A stretch of DNA of 64,000 bases, from the NCBI GenBank assembly GCA_023818695.1, contig JAMWCF010000001.1, forward strand, positions 83,306 to 147,305, read 5' to 3'. Source of the DNA: Candidatus Omnitrophota bacterium. GTDB taxonomy: Bacteria; Omnitrophota; Gorgyraeia; 1-14-0-20-64-10. Under the pieces are notes generated by a model. It ran no database searches, was not told the origin of the DNA, and saw only the letters and a list, made by a program, of their open reading frames with translations. Within the stretch, counting starts at the first letter, position 1. Each line of letters starts with the position of its first letter. Below, piece by piece: positions 56,632 through 64,000 of the stretch. Made by a program: the position numbers and the translations under genes.

Positions 56632-58256
56632 TCCTCGAAGGTATCGACCTCGAGCCATCCTTTGTATGTTTCGATGGCCTTAACCGGGTGGCCCTGATCG
56701 ATGACCGCCTGCAGGAGATCACATAAGGAGGCCTGCCTGAAAGAGGGGGCTTCGTAGTAAGGTCCGGAGGTGGAGGCCCCTTTCGCGTAGGCCTCCTTCA
56801 ACCACTGGACGCCCAGGGGCGAGAAGTAAGCCAGACCGATGAACTCCCCGGTCACCTGCCGCTTATCCAGTTTTTGGCCGATTTTCCGGATATGGAGCGG
56901 TTCCGGAGAAGGAAGGAACCGGTGGCTGGTGACCGGCCGCTCTTCCGTGGTGACGAGATCAGCCCCATCCGGGGATTGTCCTTCCGTTCGGTACAGGTCG
57001 TACCAGGCCCGGTCGACGACCAACCCCACGTCGGTCTCGGAGTCCAGAAGCCGGTCCAGCAGGGCCCGGTCGAAAAGAATGTCGCCGTACATGACCAGGA
57101 GCCGTCCCTTCAGGGCGGCTTCGGCGCTGAAGAGGGAAGCGGCGATCCCGGTTGACTCGTAGTGGGGGTTTTCAAAAAGCTGGATGTTCGGGATTTTCAC
57201 CGTTTCGGCCCTGTAGCCGGCGCAGACGCTGATCTGGTGGACCCCCGCCGAATGGAGAAGATGCATCTGCCTTTCCAGGATGGAACGCCCCTTGATCTCC
57301 AGCAGCGTCTTGGGTTTGTCCTCGTTCAAGGGCAGGAGCTGTTTCTCGAATCCCGCGGCCAGGATGACGGCGCCAGGCGCCTCCTGCTCGGAGGGAATGA
57401 ATTCGGACTCCCGGGCCTGGAACTCCGGGACGCCAACCAGGTCATAGACCTCCTGCAGGGAAGCGATGTTCCCGTCCAGCACCTCGGCCCGCCCTTCCTG
57501 ATGCAATATTTTCATCTGGGCGTTCATGGCCGCCACGGCGGCCCGCAGTGCGTGGTTGGCGAAGATGATGATTTTAAAGCCGGCCTGGGAGAGCTCTTCA
57601 ACGCTGGCCGATGGAAACATGGTGGGGACGACCACCAGCGGCACCCTCCCCTCCCAACTCTTGGCGAATTCCAGCACCTCTTGGGATGATTTGGCCTTGG
57701 AGTGGATCAGGATCGCGTCGGCGCCAGCCTTGGTGTAGGAATCGGCTCTGGTCATCGCCTCCTGGAGGCCCAGTCCGGCGATGAGCGCCTCGGTCCGCGC
57801 GATCACGACGAAATCGGAGGTCGTCGCGGCCGATTTGGCGGCGCGGACCCGGCCGGCCATCTCCTCCACGGAGACCAGGTCATGCCGTCCGCCGTAAAGA
57901 GAACAGCGTTTGGGGAAGGTAGCGTCTTCGATGGAGATGCCGGCGATGCCGGCGGAGGAAAACTCCTCGGCGGTGCGCATCACGTTGATGGCATTGCCGT
58001 AGCCGTTATCACAGTCCGCGATCACCGGAATCCGGACGGCCGTGTTGATGTTTTTGGCGACCTCCAGCACCTCGGTCATTGTCAGAACGTTCATGTCCGG
58101 CATCGATTTCTGGGCTGCGGAAAGGCCGAAACTGGAGACCCACACGGCGTCGAAGCCGTTGCGCTCCACGATTCTGGCGCTGATGGCATCGTGCGCTCCG
58201 GCTAAGACGATCGGCCGGTTCTGCGCTAAAAGGGATCGGAAATGGCCTGCCTTCAT
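56604..58256 (-). CDS. PEP mutase-like (ICL/PEPM superfamily) domain fused to a C-terminal LicC/PntC-like nucleotidyltransferase
   Basis: AHDAISARIV, DCDNGYGN, ARTEALIAGLGL..AGADAILIHSK and ANHALRA are collinear with PEP mutase. The gating-loop motif is EDATFPKRCS instead of EDKx5NS. The C-terminal half has AVILAAGFEKQ...YGDILF. Start taken at ATG 58256 (RBS ggagaa). Confidence 0.7.
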   Translation of the reverse strand: MKAGHFRSLLAQNRPIVLAGAHDAISARIVERNGFDAVWVSSFGLSAAQKSMPDMNVLTMTEVLEVAKNINTAVRIPVIADCDNGYGNAINVMRTAEEFSSAGIAGISIEDATFPKRCSLYGGRHDLVSVEEMAGRVRAAKSAATTSDFVVIARTEALIAGLGLQEAMTRADSYTKAGADAILIHSKAKSSQEVLEFAKSWEGRVPLVVVPTMFPSASVEELSQAGFKIIIFANHALRAAVAAMNAQMKILHQEGRAEVLDGNIASLQEVYDLVGVPEFQARESEFIPSEQEAPGAVILAAGFEKQLLPLNEDKPKTLLEIKGRSILERQMHLLHSAGVHQISVCAGYRAETVKIPNIQLFENPHYESTGIAASLFSAEAALKGRLLVMYGDILFDRALLDRLLDSETDVGLVVDRAWYDLYRTEGQSPDGADLVTTEERPVTSHRFLPSPEPLHIRKIGQKLDKRQVTGEFIGLAYFSPLGVQWLKEAYAKGASTSGPYYEAPSFRQASLCDLLQAVIDQGHPVKAIETYKGWLEVDTFEDYRRAWAKL

Positions 58257-58329
58257 CTGTTTTCTCCGGAAAAGATGGATCATTATACCGCATTGATTTG
58301 TCCGCTCCAAGCCCCTATAATGAAACGAC

Positions 58330-59553
58330 ATGAGTCAACTCAAGGAAATCCAAATCTTCCGGAAAGGATTCGGGTTGAAAGAGCAGGTTTCCGACGAACT
58401 GGCCCAGGATTACCGCAGCCAGCTCGTGGAGCAGATCCGCTCCCACGACGGTGTCCTGCGGGTGAGGGACCTGTCCCTCCTGCTGGCCAAGGAGTTCGGT
58501 TTCTGCTACGGCGTGGAGAGGGCGGTGGACTACGCCTACGAAACGCGCAAGCGGTTTCCAGACAGGTCTATCTATCTGACGACGGAGCTCATTCACAATC
58601 CCAGGGTCAACAACTGTTTGAGGGAAATGGGAATCGGCTTCCTGAACGGCCCCGGCAAACAGGACAAACCGATCGAGGCGCTGACGTCGCAGGATGTGGT
58701 GATCATTGCGGCATTCGGCACCCGTGTTGAAGAGATGGATCTCTTGAAGGCCAAAGGGTGCGTTTTGGTCGATGCCACCTGCGGTTCCGTGATCCAGGTC
58801 TGGAAACGGGTCGAACAGTACGGCCGGGAGGGGTTCACCGCGATCATCCACGGCAATTACAAGCATGAGGAGACCAGGGCCACCAGCTCACGCGCCTCCC
58901 AGTTTCCCAACGGCCGGTATCTGGTGGTGTGGGACAAAATAGAGGCCGGCAAGGTGTGCGATTACATCCGGCGCGGCGGTGACCGAGAGAGGTTCCTTCA
59001 GGAATTCACCGGCAAGTGTTCACCTGGTTTCGATCCGGATCGGGATCTGTCCAGGGTCGGTGTCGCCAATCAGACGACTATGCTTTCCAGTGAGTCTCTG
59101 GAAATCGCGCAGATGCTCCAGAATGCCATGACGGACCGCTACGGCGAGCAGGTCCTGGGTGAGCACTTTAGGAATTTCGATACGATCTGCAGCGCGACCC
59201 AGGACCGTCAGGATGCCATTCTGGCCCTGGTCAAGCAGGGGGTTGATCTGGTCATCGTCATCGGCGGGTTCAATTCCAGCAACACAACCCATCTGTGCGA
59301 GATCGCCTCGCAATACTGCCCCACCTACCACATTGACGAAGCCAGTTGCATCATTTCGGCCTCGGCTATCCGGCACAAGCCGGTGGGGCAGAAGGAGCCG
59401 ATCGTCACCGAGGGATGGCTTCCTGCCGGCCCCCTGACGATCGGCATCACCGCAGGGGCTTCAACCCCGAACAAGGTGATCGGAGACGCCATAGAGAGGA
59501 TCATTCGGGCGAAAGGTTACGTCTTGGAGCTGGAGAAGGTGCCTTCCCGGTGA
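58330..59553 (+). CDS. ispH: 4-hydroxy-3-methylbut-2-enyl diphosphate reductase (long, cyanobacterial/plant-type)
   Basis: FGFCYGVERAV, ATCGSVIQVW, IIHGNYKHEET, NQTTM, DTICSATQDRQ, VIGGFNSSNT. TATAAT at 58316-58321. Confidence 0.9.
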   Translation: MSQLKEIQIFRKGFGLKEQVSDELAQDYRSQLVEQIRSHDGVLRVRDLSLLLAKEFGFCYGVERAVDYAYETRKRFPDRSIYLTTELIHNPRVNNCLREMGIGFLNGPGKQDKPIEALTSQDVVIIAAFGTRVEEMDLLKAKGCVLVDATCGSVIQVWKRVEQYGREGFTAIIHGNYKHEETRATSSRASQFPNGRYLVVWDKIEAGKVCDYIRRGGDRERFLQEFTGKCSPGFDPDRDLSRVGVANQTTMLSSESLEIAQMLQNAMTDRYGEQVLGEHFRNFDTICSATQDRQDAILALVKQGVDLVIVIGGFNSSNTTHLCEIASQYCPTYHIDEASCIISASAIRHKPVGQKEPIVTEGWLPAGPLTIGITAGASTPNKVIGDAIERIIRAKGYVLELEKVPSR

Positions 59554-60218
59554 TGATCGGTCCAGCATATTTCCGGGCCGCGGTGTGGAGCACCCTTGGT
59601 TGCTTCCTTCTTTCCGTGCCTGCCGTCGGGGCGGCGGAGCGTCCCACCCTTGTTGTGACCGAAGGAGGCCGTGTCAGTCTGCGCAGTAAAAAAGCAACTC
59701 CATCCGAATTCGTGAGTCGGGCGGATCTCCTTTTCGTGAATCCATCCTCCTGGTGGACCGTCTTTCCGTTCGGTGAGATCAGGAAGAATCTCGATGGTGA
59801 CGGCTGGTCCAGGATAGAAGCTGGGGCGGAGTTCGGGGTCAAACCGTTTCATTGGTTTGATGATGAAAAGTCATCGGCCTACCTAAAGCCCCTGCGCTGG
59901 ATTTATTTGGGGCAGGGGTTCCACAAGGCATGGCTCTCCCCGGGCAACGACACCGCGGAGTGGGAGACCAGGGTGGTTTTCACCGCTCCGTTGCCGTGGG
60001 AGATCGCCGCCAAGCCAGTGGAGTTCTACGGGGTGGACGAATACACCTACGATCTGGAACTTGGCCGCGGGACCCGCAATGAGTTCGGTTTTGGTCTGAA
60101 GCTCCCGCTTCCTTTCGAGCATTTTCCGCTTAAAACAGTCATCGGTTTCCGCCACGTCGACATCGTTCATGAGGACGATACCGATCAGTTTGAAGGATCC
60201 CTCCAAGCGGTTTTCTGA
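59554..60218 (+). CDS. hypothetical exported protein, possible outer-membrane beta-barrel
   Basis: Signal peptide LGCFLLSVPAVGAAE, alternating aromatic/polar strands, and a C-terminal ...SLQAVF (terminal Phe). The start abuts the ispH stop. Confidence 0.5.
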
Positions 60219-60270
60219 TTAGTTAGAATACTGTAAACTTAGTAATTTTCCAACAAACTACCGGTCCATG

Positions 60271-60279
60271 TGCTATACT
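60271..60279 (+). promoter_or_regulatory. extended -10 promoter candidate for the riboswitch-like RNA
   Basis: TGcTATACT (TGnTATAAT-like) in an AT-rich spacer ~55 nt upstream of the aptamer-like element. Confidence 0.3.
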
Positions 60280-60329
60280 TCCACATAGGAATACCGATTA
60301 TTCATTTTTTTTCCGAGCAGTTAAAGCGT

Positions 60330-60445
60330 CGTCCGAAAAGGTAAATCCGCCGTAAGGTGGAGACGCAAAGCCGCGGATCCTGGAGAGCGGATCGGTAAAA
60401 ACAGCCTAAATCCAGGACTGCCGGGCTGCCGAAGCGCGAACCGAT
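60330..60445 (+). promoter_or_regulatory. c-di-GMP-I (GEMM-I) riboswitch-like aptamer
   Basis: 60340-60372 GGTAAATCCGCCGTAAGGTGGAGACGCAAAGCC has the same length and pattern as the Vc2 segment GGCAAACCAUUCGAAAGAGUGGGACGCAAAGCC (GNRA-capped hairpin plus the GACGCAAAGCC signature). 60420-60434 GCCGGGCTGCCGAAG compares with Vc2 GCGGGGUUACCGAUG. A 7-bp P3-like stem joins tcctgga and tccagga. Confidence 0.55.
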
Positions 60446-60713
60446 GAAGCGACAAGCAGGAGCAACGCGCGATGGCACCAGTCTCAAGCAATATTGGCTC
60501 ACCTGTTCCTTTTTCGGTTTTTTAGATGTTGATGTCCCCTTCTGGACCGGATCCGGTTTCTGACCCGACTCCCACGCCCACACCTGACCCAGAGTCGGAA
60601 TCAGGGGTTATACCGGGTCCGGTCCTTCCCTTGCTGGACGTTATCTCTCAGATTGTCGGAATCCGGCCGTCCGTGTACCTTGCCAGAGAGAATCCTCCAA
60701 AAACAGAAAAACG

Positions 60714-60742
60714 TTGACATACAGACTTGTGTCTAGTATTTT
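60714..60742 (+). promoter_or_regulatory. lexA promoter with overlapping inverted repeat (candidate operator)
   Basis: TTGACA (60714-60719), a 17-nt spacer, then TATTTT (60737-60742). The imperfect palindrome TACAGAC-ttgt-GTCTaGTA spans 60720-60738. The -10 element lies only ~7 nt from ATG 60749 and no SD is present. Confidence 0.4.
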
Positions 60743-60748
60743 AATGCC

Positions 60749-61411
60749 ATGCGAGACGCTCTCCTGACGCACAAACAAAAACAGGTGCTGCAGTTGATCC
60801 AGCGCCATCTCAAACAAAAAGGGGCTCCTCCAACCATACGGGAATTAAGGGAGGGACTTCAGTTGAAATCTCTACGGGGTGTGACCGTTCATCTGGACGC
60901 TCTGGTGCGAAAAGGGTATATTGACCGAAGCAGGCAGGCACGCGGGATCCGGGTCATCAAGCCGGCGTGGAAAGAGCAGCCGGCGGAGGGGCCGGTGACC
61001 TCCTCTTACACAATAGATCCCGAACCGATCTTCATCCCGATCGTCGGCAGGATTGCGGCGGGAGAGCCGATTTTGGCCGAGCAGCACATCGAAGGAAGAC
61101 TGGCCGTCGACCCCCGATGGGTGCCGGGACCCGGCTGTTTCGCCGTGCGGGTCCACGGCGAAAGCATGATTGAGGCCGGCATCCACAGCGGAGATTTTGT
61201 GATCGTCCGGCAGCAGCCAACCGCCGACAACGGCGAGATTGTCGCCGTGCTGGTTGAAAACGAGGCCACGGTCAAGAAGTTCTACCGAGAGAAGGGGGGA
61301 CGGATCCGCCTCCAGCCGGAGAATTCCGCCATGGGACCGATCATCATCCATCCCAGGGACAAGTCGGTTCAAATCCTGGGCAAAGTGGTCGGTCTTTTCC
61401 GTCAGGTCTGA
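60749..61411 (+). CDS. lexA: LexA repressor
   Basis: N-terminal winged HTH (LTHKQKQVLQLI..PPTIRELREGL). Cleavage region IVGRIAAGEPI (Ala-Gly). Ser in VHGESM and Lys in ATVKKF. Confidence 0.92.
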   Translation: MRDALLTHKQKQVLQLIQRHLKQKGAPPTIRELREGLQLKSLRGVTVHLDALVRKGYIDRSRQARGIRVIKPAWKEQPAEGPVTSSYTIDPEPIFIPIVGRIAAGEPILAEQHIEGRLAVDPRWVPGPGCFAVRVHGESMIEAGIHSGDFVIVRQQPTADNGEIVAVLVENEATVKKFYREKGGRIRLQPENSAMGPIIIHPRDKSVQILGKVVGLFRQV

Positions 61412-61429
61412 GCGTTCAGGAGGAACTAG

Positions 61430-61657
61430 ATGCCGAAGGCGTTTGTGATGGTCGATGTCTTCCCTGGGAAGGAAGCATCGGTGCAGAAGGCGCTCTCTCA
61501 ACTACCCGGAATGAAGTTCGTTCATCAGGTCACGGGAGCGCATGACCTGATCGCTTTGCTTGACATCGATCCGTACGAGCAGTTGGCCAGTGTTGTATCG
61601 ATGATCCGCAAGGTTGATGGGATCCGCTCGACCGACACGGAACTCGTGATCGGTTGA
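61430..61657 (+). CDS. Lrp/AsnC ligand-binding (RAM) domain-only protein
   Basis: 75 aa. AFVMVDV..GKEASVQKALSQLPGMKFVHQVTGAHDLIALL matches the AsnC C-terminal domain pattern. Confidence 0.65.
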   Translation: MPKAFVMVDVFPGKEASVQKALSQLPGMKFVHQVTGAHDLIALLDIDPYEQLASVVSMIRKVDGIRSTDTELVIG

Positions 61658-61670
61658 CCGGGAAGGCGAG

Positions 61671-62333
61671 GTGTCTAGGACGCCCCTTCCAATCCACGCC
61701 GTTATCCGTGAACTCAAGTCGGCTTCGGCCGCATGGAATCTTCCGTCTGTCAGTCAGATTGCCGCGCGCACAAAATCCCCGTTTTTAGTCCTGATCTCCT
61801 GCCTTCTTTCCTTGAGAACCAAGGACGCGGTCACGTCAGCCGCCTCTGACCGCCTCTTTGCCAGGGCGAAAACCCCCCGGCAGATGCTAGCCCTTGCGCC
61901 TTGTGCCATTCAAAAGCTGATCTACCCTGTGGCTTTTTACAGGGTCAAATCGAAGAGGATCCATGAGATCTGCCGGCATCTGATCAGCCGGTTTCAGGGA
62001 AGGGTGCCCAATGACCTGACGGCCCTGTTGACCCTGCCGGGGGTGGGCCGGAAGACGGCGAACCTCGTGGTCACGGTGGGCTTCGGCTCCCTGGGCATCT
62101 GCGTCGATACCCATGTCCACAGGGTTTCGAACCGGCTCGGCTACGTCCGGACGAAGACCCCGGAAAAAACAGAGATGGCGCTGCGGAAGAAGCTCCCCAC
62201 GAAGTACTGGATCATCTACAACGATCTCCTAGTGGCTTTCGGCCAAACGGTATGCCGTCCGGTCTCTCCCTGGTGCAGCCGGTGCCCTGTTGCGTCACAC
62301 TGCGCCAGGATCGGCGTCACGCATTCACGATAG
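61671..62333 (+). CDS. nth: endonuclease III
   Basis: HhH-GPD LPGVGRKTANLVV, catalytic VDTHV, and the C-terminal Fe-S cluster CRPVSPWCSRCPVASHC (C-x6-C-x2-C-x5-C). Confidence 0.9.
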   Translation: MSRTPLPIHAVIRELKSASAAWNLPSVSQIAARTKSPFLVLISCLLSLRTKDAVTSAASDRLFARAKTPRQMLALAPCAIQKLIYPVAFYRVKSKRIHEICRHLISRFQGRVPNDLTALLTLPGVGRKTANLVVTVGFGSLGICVDTHVHRVSNRLGYVRTKTPEKTEMALRKKLPTKYWIIYNDLLVAFGQTVCRPVSPWCSRCPVASHCARIGVTHSR

Positions 62334-63303
62334 GCAGATTGCAGACTACGGCCTCCATCAAGCGGCCGTTCTCTTTCACCGATAATCCATCTTCCGGCGC
62401 TCCATGATTGAGAAAGCCGAGTCCAATCACCGAATCCGCGGTGGGAGACCAGCAGGCGGATGTCAGGAGTCCCGCCGGTTTGGAGTCGGATAGGATTTCT
62501 GATGGAGTCGATGGAGGTGTCGTTCCGGAAAGCCGGAATCCCTTCAGGAGCCTGGGCGGGTGGGCCCTGTATTTGATCCTTGCCACAATCTCCTGCCCGA
62601 CGTAGCAGCCCTTGGTGAAACTCATCCATTTCTCGTCCCCGAGCTCGTTCAGAATGACGCCGGACGTCAGCTCCCGGCCGGGCCACGGGACCCCGGCCTC
62701 GATCCTCGCCGTCTCGAATGTTTCCGGGCCGGCCGTCAGGATGGGGGAGGGCCCGGTTTGGAACATTTTCAGGAGCCGCTGCCGGTCGACGGGCTGGGTC
62801 CAGAGGCAGTAGCCGGGCACTCTGAACAGGTCCCATCGGACCGTCCGGGTGATTCCGGATTGACCGGGGCCGGGGGTGTGGGCCAGCTCCTTTTCAGGCC
62901 AGACCGACCCCGGCCAAATTTTCCGGAGCCGGTCGAGCGCTCGGGGTCCGTGCAGGCAGATGACAGAGATCTCTCCCGCTGCTTCAGAAATTTCAACCGA
63001 TTCCGATACCAGGTATTTTTTGAGGCCTTCCTGAAGGGAAGGGAATTGATCCGGCGACGTTTCCAGCAGAATCTCCTCCTCGCACAGATGGACCAAGAAA
63101 GCGCAGACGATCTTCCCCTGGCGGTCCAGAAGGCATGCCGGTTCTCCTTGTCCGTGCCGGAGTCCTTTGATATCATGGGACACCAAATTGTGGAGGAAGG
63201 AAACCCTGTCTTTGCCCCGCACAGACAGGATCCGACGCGGCAGATGCGTGAATAGAACGGCGGCGTGCCGCAGTGCGTCCAGTTCAGTTTTCAGCGGATT
63301 CAC
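62317..63303 (-). CDS. ygfZ: YgfZ/GcvT-like folate-binding protein
   Basis: VRGKDRVSFLHNLVSHDI and the signature FTKGCYVGQEIVARIKYR. Confidence 0.8.
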   Translation of the reverse strand: MNPLKTELDALRHAAVLFTHLPRRILSVRGKDRVSFLHNLVSHDIKGLRHGQGEPACLLDRQGKIVCAFLVHLCEEEILLETSPDQFPSLQEGLKKYLVSESVEISEAAGEISVICLHGPRALDRLRKIWPGSVWPEKELAHTPGPGQSGITRTVRWDLFRVPGYCLWTQPVDRQRLLKMFQTGPSPILTAGPETFETARIEAGVPWPGRELTSGVILNELGDEKWMSFTKGCYVGQEIVARIKYRAHPPRLLKGFRLSGTTPPSTPSEILSDSKPAGLLTSACWSPTADSVIGLGFLNHGAPEDGLSVKENGRLMEAVVCNLPIVNA

Positions 63304-63317
63304 GGGGAGATTATAGC

Positions 63318-63635
63318 ATGGCCGGTTTCAGCCACGAGCCGAAGCGGATTGAGCGAATCGGGAATTCGGCCCTGAAGATCAGCTGGATGGACGGACATGA
63401 GTCGATCTATTTGTGGGAAAAGCTCCGGCGGGTCTGTCCATGCGCCGTCTGCCGGGAGTCCGGGTCGGCTCCTCCCATGGAGGGGGTCAAGCCGCTGGAG
63501 CTCCAACCGGTCGGCCGGTACGCTTTGACGATCCGGTGGAGCGACGGCCACGCGACGGGAATTTTTTCACACGAGTATCTGCGTTCCTTATGCGGCTGTG
63601 AAGCGTGCCAGCCGATACAACTGGATGAGGGATAA
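63318..63635 (+). CDS. DUF971 domain protein (gamma-butyrobetaine hydroxylase N-terminal-like)
   Basis: LKISWMDGHESIYLWEKLRRVCPCAVC ... LTIRWSDGHATGIFSHEYLRSLC. Confidence 0.75.
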   Translation: MAGFSHEPKRIERIGNSALKISWMDGHESIYLWEKLRRVCPCAVCRESGSAPPMEGVKPLELQPVGRYALTIRWSDGHATGIFSHEYLRSLCGCEACQPIQLDEG

Positions 63636-63641
63636 TCCGAT

Positions 63642-64000
63642 ATGATGGGAGTTGTAACAACCACCGATACGATTTCGACCCACCCGATTCATTCCCCCTT
63701 TGCTTGGGTCACCTTCGGCATGATTGTTGCCGTGATGCTCGCCATTGACCTCGGCTTTTTCAACCGGAAGGCCCATCAGCAGACGCTCCGGGAAGCCGCC
63801 GTCTGGAGCGCTGTCTGGATCGGCCTGGCGTTGGTCTTCAACGTCGGCGTCTTCTTTTTATTCGGGGGACAGAAGGGGATGGAGTTTCTTGCCGCTTACC
63901 TGATCGAGAAATCGTTGAGCGTCGACAACATCTTCGTGTTCGTGGCGATCTTCTCCTATTTCACGGTCAAGCCGGCGTTCCAGCACCGGGTGCTGTTCTG
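63642..64000 (+). CDS. TerC-family membrane protein, N-terminal part (3' end beyond window)
   Basis: Open frame from ATG 63642 to the window edge (absent from the ORF track because it has no stop). Contains AYLIEKSLSVDNIFVFVAIF. Confidence 0.8.
   Translation, partial: MMGVVTTTDTISTHPIHSPFAWVTFGMIVAVMLAIDLGFFNRKAHQQTLREAAVWSAVWIGLALVFNVGVFFLFGGQKGMEFLAAYLIEKSLSVDNIFVFVAIFSYFTVKPAFQHRVLF

Noticed and set aside
60302-60583. 93-aa minus-strand ORF across the riboswitch-like region.
   Set aside because: The composition is odd, there is no start context, and the region is better explained by the plus-strand structured RNA.
1-64000. CRISPR arrays, rRNA genes, prophage structural modules, toxin-antitoxin pairs or recognisable anti-phage defence operons.
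   Set aside because: No direct-repeat/spacer periodicity, no rRNA-like conserved blocks, and no matching gene architectures were seen in either strand.

Overview
High-GC (~60%) bacterial chromosomal window, densely coding on both strands. I do not attempt a lineage call. The left third holds the 3' end of ppc, a PilZ protein, and a tRNA-Asn(GUU) split by a group I intron. That tRNA is followed by a decayed integrative island (DUF4143 ATPase, serine-recombinase fragment, IS3 remnant). Next come pilin-like and PEP-CTERM surface proteins (sigma-54-type promoter), an NSS transporter with a small MetS-like partner, TerC, and a MarR-MFP-RND efflux operon. In that operon the RND pump and the outer-membrane factor form one 1556-aa ORF. 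The middle holds a class III cyclase, typA, a CDF transporter, a GspE-like ATPase with an MshEN-like N-terminus, and cysD plus cysN fused to a degenerate APS-kinase-like domain. It also holds rfbC and a lipoate ligase next to the pyruvate dehydrogenase complex. The right third (39.2-59.6 kb) is the most unusual part. A ~17.4 kb translationally coupled operon interleaves hopanoid biosynthesis genes (hpnC/D/E, ispA, dxs, shc, hpnH, hpnL-like, hpnA, hpnG, nearby ispH) with a complete 2-aminoethylphosphonate branch. That branch comprises a split phosphonopyruvate decarboxylase, a PhnW-like transaminase and a convergent PepM-like mutase fused to a nucleotidyltransferase. The cluster also carries two CDP-alcohol phosphatidyltransferase domains, one of them fused to a second nucleotidyltransferase. 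This suggests a phosphonate-bearing hopanoid or a co-made phosphonolipid, and it is my main candidate for an undescribed system. The window ends with a c-di-GMP-I riboswitch-like element, lexA, nth, ygfZ, a DUF971 gene and a second (partial) TerC gene. No CRISPR array or rRNA was seen. All calls rest on reading the sequence and translations and on remembered family motifs. No database search was run.
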